Positions 32,145 through 41,743 of a DNA stretch of 42,993 nucleotides are shown one piece after another. The DNA lies in assembly GCA_943349075.1 (NCBI GenBank), contig CALQYY010000002.1:1-42993 (forward strand), written 5' to 3'. This DNA is from Candidatus Magasanikiibacteriota bacterium. GTDB lineage: Bacteria > Patescibacteriota > Patescibacteriia > Magasanikbacterales > 2-02-FULL-50-9b. The notes under the pieces were generated by a model. The model did no database searches, had not been told where the DNA came from, and was given only the letters and a program-made list of their open reading frames with translations. Numbering within the stretch: the first letter of the stretch is position 1; each line of letters opens with the position of its first letter. Both the position numbers and the translations under genes were made by a program.

Positions 32145-33001
32145 TGAGTGGTTTAACATACATTGACACGCATTGTCATGTTCATTTTGATGTTTTTAAA
32201 AATGATGTTGCGGATGTTTTGATTCGTGCGCGCGAGGCGGGTGTTGGTATGGTCGTTGTTGGCACGCTTCAAAAAACGAGCCGCGAAGCAGCTCTGTTTG
32301 CGCGCGAACACGAAAACGTTTGGGCGGCTGTCGGGCTTCATCCAAATAACATTCATTTTATTGTACCGTCGGACGATGAAGGGTCGGGACGAGAAGATTT
32401 TGATTATAATTTTTACCTTGATTTGGCGCGCGCGCCTGAGGTTGTTGCAATTGGCGAAACTGGAATGGATGCGTATCGAATTCCAGACGGTTTTGAGCGC
32501 GAGGAAGTTTTGAAAGAACAGGAGCGAGTTTTCCGTTTGCATTTGGATTTGTGTGAGGAACTCGGCAAGCCCGTGATTATTCACGTGCGCGATGCGCATG
32601 AGGAGGTGACGCGTGTGCTCGCTGAATATGTGAGCGTCGGAAAGTTGGCGCGCCGTGGAATTATGCACTGCTTTACAGGCACGCCTGAGCAGGCGCGTGC
32701 GTATGTGGAGCTCGGCATGTACATCTCGATCCCGGGAATTATTACGTTTCCACCAAAAAAAGGGGAGACGGAAAATTCTTTGGTCGCAGCACTTCGCGTT
32801 GTTCCGCGCGATCGATTGCTCGTTGAAACCGATAGTCCGTATCTTGCGCCTGTGCCACATCGGGGTGTGCGCAATGAACCGGCGTATGTTGTTTCGACAG
32901 CTGAGAAGGTTGCGGAATTTTTAGGCATGGACCCTGGGGAGTGCGCGGAAATGCTTATTGCAAATGCACGGCGCGCGTATGCGCTTGACGCGGGCGACTA
33001 G
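32141..33001 (+). CDS. tatD: TatD-family metal-dependent hydrolase/DNase
   Basis: Motifs are YIDTHCHVHF, AIGETGMD, VIIHVRDA, IMHCFTG and ETDSPYLAP. It shares an ATGA overlap with cvpA. Confidence 0.9.
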   Translation: MMSGLTYIDTHCHVHFDVFKNDVADVLIRAREAGVGMVVVGTLQKTSREAALFAREHENVWAAVGLHPNNIHFIVPSDDEGSGREDFDYNFYLDLARAPEVVAIGETGMDAYRIPDGFEREEVLKEQERVFRLHLDLCEELGKPVIIHVRDAHEEVTRVLAEYVSVGKLARRGIMHCFTGTPEQARAYVELGMYISIPGIITFPPKKGETENSLVAALRVVPRDRLLVETDSPYLAPVPHRGVRNEPAYVVSTAEKVAEFLGMDPGECAEMLIANARRAYALDAGD

Positions 33002-33043
33002 GTTTGTTACGGTTGCAAAATCATTCTGGTAAAGGAGGTTCAG

Positions 33044-33364
33044 ATGAGTGACCGCATTGGTGAAAGTCAGGTAAAGCTTGGGTGTCTGCTTCAGGACCTT
33101 GGCAACCAATGTGCTGAGGCTGAAAAAGAAAAAGAAAAAACCGTGCGTCAGATGTTGGACATTGAGTACGAACAAAGAAAGCTTGGAATTAGAGTTGACG
33201 ATCTCAAGCTTCAAGGCAAATCTGGTTCGGATGAGATGCGGTTGATCGAAGGTGAGCAAAAGAAGCTTGGCGGAGAGCTTGATGTACTTAAGCGAGTTCT
33301 TGGGGGTCAGACCGATGTACTTCAGCAGCTCACGGACCAGCTCGCCAGAGCGCAAGCAGGGTAG
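33044..33364 (+). CDS. Hypothetical 106-aa coiled-coil protein
   Basis: A consensus SD (AAAGGAGG) lies 6 nt before the ATG. The sequence is heptad-like and charged, with recurring K-L-G. A strong terminator follows. Confidence 0.6.
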   Translation: MSDRIGESQVKLGCLLQDLGNQCAEAEKEKEKTVRQMLDIEYEQRKLGIRVDDLKLQGKSGSDEMRLIEGEQKKLGGELDVLKRVLGGQTDVLQQLTDQLARAQAG

Positions 33365-33386
33365 CGACAAACAATCGTCGCCCACG

Positions 33387-33429
33387 CCGCCGAACCCGCA
33401 CAAACGCGGGTCGGCGGTCTATTTTTTTA
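33387..33429 (+). terminator. Rho-independent terminator
   Basis: CCGCCGAACCCGC pairs with GCGGGTCGGCGG over 12 bp with one bulged A and a 6-nt loop. It is followed by TCTATTTTTTT. Confidence 0.85.
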
Positions 33430-33434
33430 TATCC

Positions 33435-33463
33435 TTGACCTGCTCAAAAAAAACGTGTATTAT
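33435..33463 (+). promoter_or_regulatory. Promoter of the atp operon
   Basis: TTGACC (33435-33440), a 17-nt spacer, then TATTAT (33458-33463). The listed GTG start at 33455 lies inside this promoter, which favours ATG 33485. Confidence 0.65.
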
Positions 33464-33484
33464 TCGAACGTCATTTGTAATCAT

Positions 33485-33754
33485 ATGCCACTCTCGGAAG
33501 ACGAACGACGATCATATCTACTCGGGATGAAAATCATGGGAGATTTTGGTGCGGCAATCGCAATACCTGTTGTTGCGTTCGTACTTGTGGGTAAGTGGTT
33601 GCAAACAAAATATGGCTTCGAGCCATTTGGTATAATAGGTGGGTTCTTGTTCGCCTTAATTACCAGCACAATCACGATTCGAAAAAAAGTGAAATGGTAC
33701 GCAGCAGAATACGCATCACTTAAAACTCCCGAATCACTTTCCAAGAAAAAATAA
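33485..33754 (+). CDS. AtpZ/AtpI-like small membrane protein preceding the F0 genes
   Basis: It has two TM helices (FGAAIAIPVVAFVLVGKWL…FGIIGGFLFALITSTITI) and sits immediately upstream of atpB. Confidence 0.55.
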   Translation: MPLSEDERRSYLLGMKIMGDFGAAIAIPVVAFVLVGKWLQTKYGFEPFGIIGGFLFALITSTITIRKKVKWYAAEYASLKTPESLSKKK

Positions 33755-33756
33755 AT

Positions 33757-34572
33757 ATGGTTCCACTCGCTGCTGAAACAATCGCACATATCGGATCGTT
33801 TGCTGTAACAAACTCTTTGCTGAACGCATGGATCGCTGCAGTAATTTTGATTGTTGGCGCTGGAATTCTTCGCTTAAATTTAAAATCACGTCCAGGAAGG
33901 TTTCAGAATTTGATTGAAATGCTTTTTGAATTTTTGATCAAAACATTTGATAGTGTAACGCATGACCGAAGCCGCAGCAAAAAGTTCTTCCCACTCGTAA
34001 CAACACTTTTTTTGTTTATCCTTCTCAGCAACTGGCTCGGTCAACTTCCAGGAACCGGTTCAATTGGTGTGTGGGAATATATGCACGGAAAGCTCGAGCT
34101 TGTGCCAATTTTCCGCCCAGCAACTGCTGATTTGAATTTGACGCTTGCACTTGGTTTGTTCTCAATTCTCGCGACTCACATTGCAGGTATCGCAACGCTC
34201 GGCTTTTTCCGTCACGGAAACAAGTTCATTCAAATCGGAAGCTTGCTTAAATCGTTTAAGAAAGGACCGATTGCAATCATGACAGCGTGCGTTGAGTTTG
34301 CAGCGGGCTTAATTGAGACTGCAGGTGAAGTTGCTCGCGCGATCTCGCTTTCTTTGCGTTTATTTGGTAACATCTTCGCGGGTGAGGTTTTGATCACCGT
34401 TATGCTTGGTCTTGCAGCGTTTGTTGTACCACTTCCGTTTCAGGCGCTTGAGCTTTTGGTTGGAGTGATCCAGGCTACCGTTTTTTCTTTGCTTGTGTTA
34501 GTATTTTTGACGCTAGCAACGGAAAAGCCACATGGCGAGCATGCAGAGGCAGCTGCCGGCGAACATCATTGA
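33757..34572 (+). CDS. atpB: F0F1 ATP synthase subunit a
   Basis: The essential-Arg context is LSLRLFGNIFAGEVL. It is polytopic and in operon position. Confidence 0.9.
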   Translation: MVPLAAETIAHIGSFAVTNSLLNAWIAAVILIVGAGILRLNLKSRPGRFQNLIEMLFEFLIKTFDSVTHDRSRSKKFFPLVTTLFLFILLSNWLGQLPGTGSIGVWEYMHGKLELVPIFRPATADLNLTLALGLFSILATHIAGIATLGFFRHGNKFIQIGSLLKSFKKGPIAIMTACVEFAAGLIETAGEVARAISLSLRLFGNIFAGEVLITVMLGLAAFVVPLPFQALELLVGVIQATVFSLLVLVFLTLATEKPHGEHAEAAAGEHH

Positions 34573-34634
34573 TAGTTCGAATGCGTTCCGCTTCGTTTGA
34601 GAAGGGGATCGCTGAGATTCATTAATGAATTTGT

Positions 34635-34853
34635 ATGGATGCAGAATTGGTAAAAATCCTCACAAAAGGTCTTACAATCGCACTCGGTGGTGTAGTACCA
34701 GCTTGGGCAATTGGAAACATTGTCGGTAAGGCAATGGAAGCAATCGGTCGAAATCCTGAAGCAAGCGACAAAGTTTTTGTTCCTATGCTTTTGGGTGCAG
34801 CGTTCGCGGAAGCTATCGCTATTTACGCGCTCGTTGTCGTGTTCGTGCTTTAA
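34635..34853 (+). CDS. atpE: F0F1 ATP synthase subunit c
   Basis: It is a 72-aa hairpin protein with the loop GRNPEA and the carboxylate context AFAEAIAIYALVV. Confidence 0.9.
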   Translation: MDAELVKILTKGLTIALGGVVPAWAIGNIVGKAMEAIGRNPEASDKVFVPMLLGAAFAEAIAIYALVVVFVL

Positions 34854-34860
34854 TTTACAG

Positions 34861-34908
34861 CTTTCGGGAGGGCGCGCTGACTTATTCAGTTTGCTCGCCC
34901 CCTGAAAG
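34861..34908 (+). other. Strong intra-operon stem-loop between atpE and atpF (no U-tract)
   Basis: CTTTCGGG(A)GGGCG (34861-34874) pairs with CGCCCCCTGAAAG (34896-34908) over 13 bp, with one G:U pair and one bulged A. Confidence 0.55.
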
Positions 34909-34927
34909 ATGAGGCTCCTTTCTTTCT

Positions 34928-35476
34928 ATGGCAACATCAAACTACAACTCAGAAACAGGTGTAGCAGCAGAAGCTCCAGCAGGTATTGTTGGAACATTGG
35001 GCTTGAAAACCGATATTTTTGTTGCGCAACTCGTTAACTTTCTCATCATTCTTTTGGTACTTTGGCGCTGGGCTTATAAGCCACTCATCAAAGTTCTCGA
35101 AGATCGTGAAGCTCGAATTAAAAAAGGGCTAGAGGATGCAGATTCGGTTGCGGTTCGTTTGTCAGACATTGAAAAAGAGCATGCAGCAGTTTTGCGCACA
35201 GCGCGCGAGGAAGCATCTCAGGTTATCAAAGAGGCGCACGGCCTTGGCGAGATAAAGCGTGAGGAAATGCTTGCGAAATCTCGTGATGAGATCAGCAAAC
35301 TCGTGACCGATGCTCGCAAGAAGATTGCAGAAGAACGTCAGGAAGCTGCAGATCAGCTCAAAAAGGAAATTAGCGCGCTTGTTATTACAACAGCTGAAAT
35401 GGTTTTGAGCGAAAAAATTGATGCAAAAAAAGATTTTGCACTCATGGATAAGGCTGTAAAGAAGGCAAAGAAATAA
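34928..35476 (+). CDS. atpF: F0F1 ATP synthase subunit b
   Basis: It has one N-terminal TM helix (FVAQLVNFLIILLVLW) followed by a long charged helix. It is in operon position. Confidence 0.82.
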   Translation: MATSNYNSETGVAAEAPAGIVGTLGLKTDIFVAQLVNFLIILLVLWRWAYKPLIKVLEDREARIKKGLEDADSVAVRLSDIEKEHAAVLRTAREEASQVIKEAHGLGEIKREEMLAKSRDEISKLVTDARKKIAEERQEAADQLKKEISALVITTAEMVLSEKIDAKKDFALMDKAVKKAKK

Positions 35477-35500
35477 TTAGGGTGATACGATTCGGATGAT

Positions 35501-35878
35501 ATGAAACGATTGACTGCTCGGCAGTGGGCAACTGCGCTCGCTCACATTACGCAAGATGCAAAAGAGTCAGAAATTCCGCACAAAACAAAAACATTTGTGC
35601 AGATTTTGCGTAAGTCACGAGCAAGTTCATTGTTGCCACGCATCATCGCGCTTTTTGGCGAAATTCACGACAAGGAAAATGGTGTTGTTCGTGTTTCAAC
35701 AACAGCAACACGCGAATTATCAAAAGAAGTTACCAAAGAATTACAAGAGTTGGGACGCGAGGTAATCATTGATCATACGATCGATCCACACGTTATTGGA
35801 GGCGTGAAAATTCAGATGGATGGTGTGATCATTGATGGCACGGTAGCCACTCGATTGAAAAAAATCTATGAAAGCTAA
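35501..35878 (+). CDS. atpH: F0F1 ATP synthase subunit delta (OSCP), unusually short at 125 aa
   Basis: The C-terminal signature is [29 protein letters not shown]. It lies between atpF and atpA. Confidence 0.7.
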   Translation: MKRLTARQWATALAHITQDAKESEIPHKTKTFVQILRKSRASSLLPRIIALFGEIHDKENGVVRVSTTATRELSKEVTKELQELGREVIIDHTIDPHVIGGVKIQMDGVIIDGTVATRLKKIYES

Positions 35879-37376
35879 CATGCGAGATTACGTAATTGAA
35901 ACAATAACAAAGCAGGTACAGTCAATGTCTGACGAGCCTGAGGTTTCTGAAGTTGGTACCGTGATTGAAGTGGGTGATGGTATCGCGAAAATTTCAGGAC
36001 TTCGCAAATGTCAGTCATCTGAAATGTTGGAATTTCCAGGTGGAACAATCGGTGTTGCGCTTAACCTTGAAGAAGACACGGTTGGTGCGATTATTTTGGG
36101 TGCATATCGCCACATTAAAGAAGGTGACACCGTAAAGCGAACCGGCAAGATTTTGTCGATTCCGGTTGGTCCTGGCTTTATTGGTCGCGTAATTGATCCG
36201 CTCGGTAATCCAATCGATGGTAAGGGTCCAATTAAGGCGGCTAGTGTTTACCCAATTGAAAAAATTGCGCCAGGCGTACTCGCTCGTCAGCCAGTTGAAC
36301 AGCCAGTGCAGACAGGTATCAAAGCGATTGATGCGATGATTCCAATTGGCCGTGGTCAGCGTGAACTTATCATCGGTGATCGTCAGACAGGTAAGACTGC
36401 GGTTGCGATCGATGCCATTATCAACCAGAAAGGTCAGAACATGACCTGTATCTATGTTGCGATCGGCCAGAAGGAATCGAAAGTTGCACGTCTCGTTGCA
36501 AAACTTGAGGAAATGGGCGCGATGGAATATACAATTGTGGTTGTTGCAGGTGCTTCGTCGTCTGCTGCGCTTCAGTATATTGCGCCGTTTGCGGGTGCAT
36601 CGCTCGGTGAATACTTCATGGACAACAAAGGCCACGCGCTCGTTGTATACGATGATTTGTCAAAGCACGCGTGGGCATATCGTGAAATTTCGCTCTTGCT
36701 TCGCCGTCCACCAGGTCGTGAAGCATATCCAGGTGATGTGTTTTACTTGCACTCACGTCTTTTGGAGCGCGCTGCAAAACTTTCAGATGAAAATGGTGGT
36801 GGTTCATTGACCGCACTTCCAATCATTGAAACTCAGGCAGGTGATGTGTCTGCATATATTCCAACCAACGTAATTTCGATTACTGATGGTCAGATTTTCT
36901 TGGAATCGGATTTGTTCTATAAAGGTATCCGCCCAGCTTTGAACGTAGGTATCTCGGTTTCTCGTGTGGGTGGTGCGGCTCAGATCAAATCAATGAAGAA
37001 GGTTTCAGGTAAGATTCGTCTCGACCTCGCGCAGTTCCGTGAACTCGAAGCGTTCTCACAGTTCGCATCAGATCTCGATGAAACAACTCGCAAGCAGATC
37101 GAACGCGGACGCCGAACTGTTGAAGTTTTGAAGCAGCCACAGTTTGCGCCGCTTTCAGTTGAGCACCAGGTTATTGCGATTTACGCAGTAACGAATGGCT
37201 ACTTCGACAAAACTCCGGTTGATTCAGTTCAGGCAACAGAAGTTGCGCTTCACGCACATATCGACGAATCACATGTTGATTTGATCGATATGATGAAGAA
37301 AGACAAGTCGCTCAGTGGCGACATCGAAGCGCGCATCAAGGAAATTTTGACCACATTCTTCGCATCACGCGCATAA
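35868..37376 (+). CDS. atpA: F0F1 ATP synthase subunit alpha
   Basis: The P-loop is GDRQTGKT. Other motifs are [45 protein letters not shown] 35880 is an alternative, non-overlapping start. Confidence 0.97.
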   Translation: MKANMRDYVIETITKQVQSMSDEPEVSEVGTVIEVGDGIAKISGLRKCQSSEMLEFPGGTIGVALNLEEDTVGAIILGAYRHIKEGDTVKRTGKILSIPVGPGFIGRVIDPLGNPIDGKGPIKAASVYPIEKIAPGVLARQPVEQPVQTGIKAIDAMIPIGRGQRELIIGDRQTGKTAVAIDAIINQKGQNMTCIYVAIGQKESKVARLVAKLEEMGAMEYTIVVVAGASSSAALQYIAPFAGASLGEYFMDNKGHALVVYDDLSKHAWAYREISLLLRRPPGREAYPGDVFYLHSRLLERAAKLSDENGGGSLTALPIIETQAGDVSAYIPTNVISITDGQIFLESDLFYKGIRPALNVGISVSRVGGAAQIKSMKKVSGKIRLDLAQFRELEAFSQFASDLDETTRKQIERGRRTVEVLKQPQFAPLSVEHQVIAIYAVTNGYFDKTPVDSVQATEVALHAHIDESHVDLIDMMKKDKSLSGDIEARIKEILTTFFASRA

Positions 37377-37381
37377 ATCAT

Positions 37382-38344
37382 ATGGCACTCTCGGGACGAC
37401 TCATTCGCTCGCGCATCAAATCGGTGAAAAACACCAAGAAGATCACTAAGGCTATGGAACTTGTTTCTGCAGCCAAGATGCGTCGTACCGTAGCGAGCGC
37501 CCTGCAGTCGCGCCAATATGCGAAGTATGCGTGGGAGCTCTTGCTTCGCTTGAAGCAGAGCGGCAACGAAGCACTTGCGGCAGAACATCCTTTGCTTGTG
37601 ATGCGCCCGGTGAACAAAATCTTGCTCATCGCGATTACATCAAATCGAGGTTTGGCTGGTGCGTTCAACTCGAACGTCATTAAAAAAGCTGTCGAGCAGA
37701 TCAAAAATCCATATCAAATCGCGCGCAATCGCTCGGGTGCTGTGTGGGTTGAACCTGCAACGCCAGAACCACAGATTGATTTTGTGATTGTTGGAAAGCG
37801 CGGCGAAGGTGTGATTCGTAAGTTTACGAAAAACATCGTCGCGAGTTTTATCGATTTTCCTGATGTTCCAAAGTTTTCGGATGCAGAGCCTTTGATTAAA
37901 CTTGCAACCGAAAGCTATAAGAAAGGGGAATACGATAAGGTTGCGCTCGTGTACACGGATTTTGTTTCGGCGCTCGTACAGAAGCCAAAGATTCGTCAGA
38001 TTTTGCCAGTGTCTGAAGTGGACATTGAGAAAACATTGTTTCCAGAGGGCGAGAGCCTTCCGGAGGACACTGCTGCAACACTCGACGACTCAGCGGTTTT
38101 TGAACCGTCGGTGAATGAAATTATTAATATGGCAGTGACGCGGCTGATTGAATCGCAAGTGTATCAAGCGGTTCTTGAGTCGTCTGCATCAGAACACTCC
38201 GCTCGCATGATGGCGATGCGACAGGCAACTGATGCGGCGACCGAGATGATTGATACGCTCACACTTGTGTTTAATCAGGCGCGCCAAGCAAGCATTACGC
38301 GTGAGATTTCGGAAATCAGTGCGGGTAAGGCAGCGCTCGAATAG
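37382..38344 (+). CDS. atpG: F0F1 ATP synthase subunit gamma
   Basis: The N-terminus is RIKSVKNTKKITKAMELVSAAKMRR. The C-terminus is EHSARMMAMRQATDAATEMIDTLTLVFNQARQASITREISEI. Confidence 0.92.
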   Translation: MALSGRLIRSRIKSVKNTKKITKAMELVSAAKMRRTVASALQSRQYAKYAWELLLRLKQSGNEALAAEHPLLVMRPVNKILLIAITSNRGLAGAFNSNVIKKAVEQIKNPYQIARNRSGAVWVEPATPEPQIDFVIVGKRGEGVIRKFTKNIVASFIDFPDVPKFSDAEPLIKLATESYKKGEYDKVALVYTDFVSALVQKPKIRQILPVSEVDIEKTLFPEGESLPEDTAATLDDSAVFEPSVNEIINMAVTRLIESQVYQAVLESSASEHSARMMAMRQATDAATEMIDTLTLVFNQARQASITREISEISAGKAALE

Positions 38345-38367
38345 TCGTTTCAAGAGATTCTTTACAT

Positions 38368-38419
38368 AAAAAAACAAGCCCCGCGACGCATTCCTCAGGT
38401 TGAGGTTTGCGCGGCGGGG
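38368..38419 (-). terminator. Intrinsic terminator of the antisense lipoprotein gene (read on the minus strand)
   Basis: A long imperfect GC hairpin forms: CCCCGC..CGCA pairs with TGCG..GCGGGG, with an inner CCTCA-GGT-TGAGG stem. On the minus strand it is followed by TTGTTTTTTT. On the plus strand it has no U-tract. Confidence 0.65.
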
Positions 38420-38426
38420 GCAAGGG

Positions 38427-38855
38427 TTATTGGTTCGTCCGGACGTGCCAGCAGCGATCCGGGCGGGTTGTACGACCGTACCCGTCCGTTCCATACATTG
38501 CCGGTCGTGGCGGGGTGTCACTCAGTCTGTACTGGTTATATTGGTCTTTAAACACCCTCTGAGCCATGTAGTACATGGCGGAGCCGTCTGGGTTGTAAAC
38601 CCAACCACCGCAGCTGTACCAACCTGACCCAGGAATCATCGCTTGTTCTCCATGGCTTTTGATCTCGGGAGAGACCCTCGCGACCATCGCGTCAGGTTCC
38701 ACCGGTGGATCCCGGATTGTGAAGAGCTTGACACCGACGGCGTAGCCCCGGTTATAGCCCATGGTCGGGTTGTTGTCGTAGATATACGGCTGCGCGATGC
38801 AGCCGGAAAAAAGAAACGAAACAACGAACAGGCTGAGAGCGAAAAAACGGTTCAT
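38427..38855 (-). CDS. Hypothetical GC-rich lipoprotein (142 aa) encoded antisense inside the atp operon
   Basis: The lipobox is MNRFFALSLFVVSFLFSG-C. A GGAGGG SD is present. The gene has its own consensus promoter and terminator. The protein is rich in Tyr/Gly/Pro/Arg/Trp. Confidence 0.7.
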   Translation of the reverse strand: MNRFFALSLFVVSFLFSGCIAQPYIYDNNPTMGYNRGYAVGVKLFTIRDPPVEPDAMVARVSPEIKSHGEQAMIPGSGWYSCGGWVYNPDGSAMYYMAQRVFKDQYNQYRLSDTPPRPAMYGTDGYGRTTRPDRCWHVRTNQ

Positions 38856-38923
38856 GGTACCCTCCGTGTCAAAGACCTTCGTCGACCCGAAACTGCACAG
38901 CGCAGCTCATAATCGAACAAATT

Positions 38924-38952
38924 AATATAGCATAAACGCACGTAATTGTCAA
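38924..38952 (-). promoter_or_regulatory. Consensus minus-strand promoter of the antisense lipoprotein gene
   Basis: On the minus strand: TTGACA (38952-38947), a 17-nt spacer, then TATATT (38929-38924). The -35 lies only 23 nt upstream of the atpD start codon on the opposite strand. Confidence 0.65.
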
Positions 38953-38962
38953 GCCTCACTAG

Positions 38963-40345
<1,383 letters not shown>

Positions 40346-40357
40346 TCCCGGACTCCT

Positions 40358-40792
40358 ATGATTCATGTTTCACTCATCACTCCCGAGAAAGTTCACTTTC
40401 AGGGCGATGCCGATTCAATCAGCATTCCAACATCGAGTGGACAGATTCAGGTTCTCGATCATCACATGCCGCTCGTTACCATTTTGGAACCGGGCGAACT
40501 TAAAATCGTTGCAGGCGGAGAGACGACATATCTCGCGGTTTCTGGCGGATACGTTGAAGTTCGACCTGGCAACAAAATTGTGGTGCTTGCAAATAGCGCC
40601 GAAGTTGCAACCGAAATCGATCTCGATCGTGCAGAGGCTGCACGCGCTCGTGCACGTGAGCTTTTGAAGGGCCGCATCCAGTCGGAAGAGGAATATGCAA
40701 CAGTCGTTGCAATGATCCAAAAAGAATGGGCGCGCGTCAACGTTGGACGCAAACACGTGTCGCATCGCAGAACACAAATTGGAGAAGAATAA
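40358..40792 (+). CDS. atpC: F0F1 ATP synthase subunit epsilon
   Basis: The N-terminal beta-sandwich pattern is (V)SLITPEKVHFQGDADSISIPTSSGQIQVLDHHMPLVT. A C-terminal helical hairpin follows. It lies directly after atpD. Confidence 0.85.
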   Translation: MIHVSLITPEKVHFQGDADSISIPTSSGQIQVLDHHMPLVTILEPGELKIVAGGETTYLAVSGGYVEVRPGNKIVVLANSAEVATEIDLDRAEAARARARELLKGRIQSEEEYATVVAMIQKEWARVNVGRKHVSHRRTQIGEE

Positions 40793-40819
40793 AAAGAGCC
40801 CCGACGAGGGGCTCTTTTT
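40791..40819. terminator. Bidirectional rho-independent terminator shared by atpC and the convergent pseudouridine synthase gene
   Basis: AAAAAGAGCCCC-GACGA-GGGGCTCTTTTT forms a perfect 12-bp stem including the A/T arms. It overlaps both stop codons. Confidence 0.85.
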
Positions 40820-41549
40820 ATTCTTCTACATCAATCTCATCCGATGTTGTTTGGTCTTGCGCGTCGAGTGTTGCTTTGAGTTTTTCTAAATCGTCCGCTG
40901 GAATATCTTTCCATTTTCCTAAATCGAGATCGCCAATCAACACATTCATGATGCGGATGCGGTGGAGCTGTTTGACTTTGAAGCCGAGTGCTTCGGTCAT
41001 GCGGCGGATCTGGCGGTTTTTTCCTTCGGTCAAAACAATTGAGAACCATGTGTCGCTGAGGCGCGTGAGTTTGCATGGCTTGGTCTTGTAGTCGCCGATG
41101 TCGACGCCTGACGCCATGTCTTTCAAAAAAGAATCCGGGTAGGGCGCATTGACCTCGACCTCGTATTCTTTTTCGTGGCCGTATTGCGCACGCAAAATTT
41201 TGTTCACGATGTCGCCGTCGTTGGTGAGGAAAATGAGACCGGTCGACGCTTTGTCGAGGCGGCCGATAGGGAAGACACGCAGCGGGTGTTTGATTTCGTC
41301 AACAATGTTGCGCGGGGTTTCGCGATCGGTTGTGCAGGTTACGCCAAACGGCTTGTTGTACATAACGTACACGCGTTTGCCGCGGGTTGTTAGTTTGTTG
41401 CCGTCGATGGTGACGTTGTCGGTTTCCTCGACTTTATCGCCCAAAACCGCCTTGCGCCCGTTAATTTTAACGCGGCCGGCTTCGATAAGTCGGTCTGCCT
41501 CGCGGCGTGAGCAGTAGCCCCGGTCCGTAAAATACTTGTTGATGCGCAT
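40818..41549 (-). CDS. rRNA pseudouridine synthase, RsuA/RluB/RluF family, with an N-terminal S4 domain
   Basis: The S4 motif is MRINKYFTDRGYCSRREADRLIEAGRVKINGR. The catalytic-Asp context is FPIGRLDKASTGLIFLTNDG. GKNRQIRRM is also present. Confidence 0.9.
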   Translation of the reverse strand: MRINKYFTDRGYCSRREADRLIEAGRVKINGRKAVLGDKVEETDNVTIDGNKLTTRGKRVYVMYNKPFGVTCTTDRETPRNIVDEIKHPLRVFPIGRLDKASTGLIFLTNDGDIVNKILRAQYGHEKEYEVEVNAPYPDSFLKDMASGVDIGDYKTKPCKLTRLSDTWFSIVLTEGKNRQIRRMTEALGFKVKQLHRIRIMNVLIGDLDLGKWKDIPADDLEKLKATLDAQDQTTSDEIDVEE

Positions 41550-41597
41550 ATTAGGGCTATTCTAGGGGATTTTTGGGGAAATGTAAAGGATGGTGGG

Positions 41598-41626
41598 TTG
41601 ACAAAACGTTGTTTTTATGTTATTAT
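41598..41626 (+). promoter_or_regulatory. Consensus promoter of the 246-aa ORFan
   Basis: TTGACA (41598-41603), a 17-nt spacer, then TATTAT (41621-41626). Confidence 0.65.
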
Positions 41627-41630
41627 TTCT

Positions 41631-41743
41631 GGTCTGGTTGCGAAATCAGGCGTTTGACCGGGGGTTAGCACCGCTGTGGTGCGTTCCGCCTCCAATTTGC
41701 TGGGCACAGCCCAGTTGTCCGGGAGACCGGAAACAAGGGAAAA
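41631..41743 (+). promoter_or_regulatory. ~110-nt GC-rich structured 5' leader (candidate cis-regulatory RNA, class unknown)
   Basis: Two hairpins are present: GCACC-GCTGT-GGTGC (41668-41682) and CTGGGC-ACA-GCCCAG (41700-41714). The 5' GGTCT (41631-41635) can pair with AGACC (41724-41728), just upstream of the AAGGGA SD. AGGCG (41648-41652) can pair with CGCCT (41687-41691). Confidence 0.35.

Noticed and set aside
32153-32860. 235-aa minus-strand ORF covering most of tatD
   Set aside because: The plus strand encodes a textbook TatD with all metal-binding motifs. The antisense product is Arg/Asn/Phe-rich with no motif or SD.
36015-36635. 206-aa minus-strand ORF inside atpA
   Set aside because: It lies opposite one of the most conserved genes in the window. 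It has no signals and a nonsense-like composition.
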